Origin: an uncultured Desulfobacter sp.
Lineage (GTDB): Bacteria; Desulfobacterota; Desulfobacteria; Desulfobacterales; Desulfobacteraceae
Length of the DNA: 64,000 bases
Assembly (NCBI GenBank): GCA_963665095.1
Contig: OY762069.1
Coordinates: 1,504,001-1,568,000 of the forward strand
Direction: 5' to 3'
Position numbers and translations under genes: made by a program
Part shown: piece by piece, positions 62,981-64,000 of the stretch
Numbering within the stretch: the stretch's first letter is position 1
How the letters are laid out: every line of letters begins with the position of its first letter
The notes under the pieces: generated by a model
Database searches by the model: none
What the model was told of the DNA's origin: nothing
What the model saw: only the letters and a program-made list of their open reading frames with translations

Positions 62981-63096
62981 CGTTGTCAGTCCATTTATCT
63001 TGGTTATCAGGCGTAACTAAAACTATCGGAACAAATGTGAAAAACCTTGATACGGCTTTGATAAGATTCTTTTGGCAGGTTATTATCCCAGCAGGA

Positions 63097-63459
63097 TTAC
63101 GGCAGAAAATTAGAAAAAATGAACAGCAGGGCATAGAGCAGGGTTAAAAATATAATCAGATTTCTGTGATCTGTCCGGCGCCGGCCGCGAAACAATGACA
63201 GCCAGAGTGTTACGGCGTTGATCAGTGTCCCGGCTCCTGAAACATAGATCAGAAACTGCACATATTTGTGGTCCCACCAGACTCTTAAATCAAGGTGGTA
63301 AAATCGGTCAAAAACAGTTTCAAACTCAGGCTGGGCCCTGTAGAAAATGTATAAGGAAATAATCAGTCCTGCAAAGGCAGCGATATTCAGCCAGATAAAA
63401 ACAAGGCCAAAAATATCTTTTGTTCTGCGCCTGTCATACCAAGTTGCTTTACCTGCCAT
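63097..63459 (-). CDS. Hypothetical membrane protein (three predicted TM helices)
   Basis: Three hydrophobic segments. Confidence 0.6.
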   Translation of the reverse strand: MAGKATWYDRRRTKDIFGLVFIWLNIAAFAGLIISLYIFYRAQPEFETVFDRFYHLDLRVWWDHKYVQFLIYVSGAGTLINAVTLWLSLFRGRRRTDHRNLIIFLTLLYALLFIFSNFLP

Positions 63460-63496
63460 ATCAGCTTCTTTCAACAAAAGCAGTTTTCACTTTGTA

Positions 63497-64000
63497 TCAT
63501 CGGATATGTGCATTGGCCTTAAACCGCCGGGTAATCATTTCAATAATCTCTTCGGAGCTGGTTTCTATCGGTTTGTTGCTTACATTAATCATGGAAAAAC
63601 CTTTGGTGATATAGTATTTCTGGGCCGCTAAAATCTCCTTTTCTATCTCCTCCCTGCCTGAATACGCATACATATCATTGGCTCCAAGACTTGCCTGACG
63701 CAGTTTTCTGTGGGCCTGCAGCTGTTCTCTGTTGATATTCAGGGCAAAAATCCTGCGACGGTCAACAAGGTCCAGACTTGCCGGCATGGGAACACCGGGC
63801 ACAAAGGGGATATTTGCCACCTTCCACCCCATGACACCCATGTACATGGACAAAGGGGTTTTACCGGCTCTGGACAGTCCTATCAGAATAATTTCCGCCT
63901 CTGTCAGGGTTTCAGGGTTCAGGCCGTCATCATGTGCAAGGGCAAAATCAATGGCTGATACCTGTTCAAGATTGACCTGATGGATCTCCCGGTACAGCCC
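63497..64000 (-). CDS. ppsR: PPDK/PEP synthase regulatory kinase-pyrophosphorylase (DUF299), 5'-partial
   Basis: HDDG...AEIILIGLSRAGKTPLSMY...KVANIP...KPIETS; frame runs off the window edge. Confidence 0.85.
   Translation of the reverse strand, partial: GLYREIHQVNLEQVSAIDFALAHDDGLNPETLTEAEIILIGLSRAGKTPLSMYMGVMGWKVANIPFVPGVPMPASLDLVDRRRIFALNINREQLQAHRKLRQASLGANDMYAYSGREEIEKEILAAQKYYITKGFSMINVSNKPIETSSEEIIEMITRRFKANAHIR

Noticed and set aside
1..64000. CRISPR array, cas genes, rRNA, prophage structural genes or integrase
   Set aside because: None recognised by eye; degenerate arrays could have been missed without computation

Overview
The window looks like a sulfate-reducing deltaproteobacterial chromosome (Desulfobacteraceae-like; inferred from gene content such as desulfoferrodoxin, ppdK and pilB, not from a search). 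Bases 1-51,400 are an accessory, IS-rich region ending at a tRNA-Phe gene; 51,400-64,000 is housekeeping (rsmE, maf, yggS, queH, pilB, ABC-F, ppdK, PPDK regulator). The main find is an AT-rich, ~16 kb co-directional defence-like operon: C5 DNA methyltransferase, Vsr, UvrD-like helicase, DrmA-like helicase (split by an IS4 with a clean 9-bp target duplication), DrmB/DUF1998, a NERD nuclease-helicase and two large unknown proteins. It has a DISARM class II-like core with no recognisable DrmC. Other items: a T-box riboswitch ahead of a type-2 IleRS; a composite transposon of two IS66 copies inside an lpd-like gene, with nested ISAs1/IS200/IS6/MITE cargo; a 3-gene DDE/ATPase element; an IS21 element with two extra ORFs; an orphan integron-type cassette; a tRNA 3'-end (att-like) fragment; a duplicated, decaying aconitase segment; and a PilB with a C-terminal cNMP-binding domain. 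All family calls come from motif reading by eye; no database search was run.
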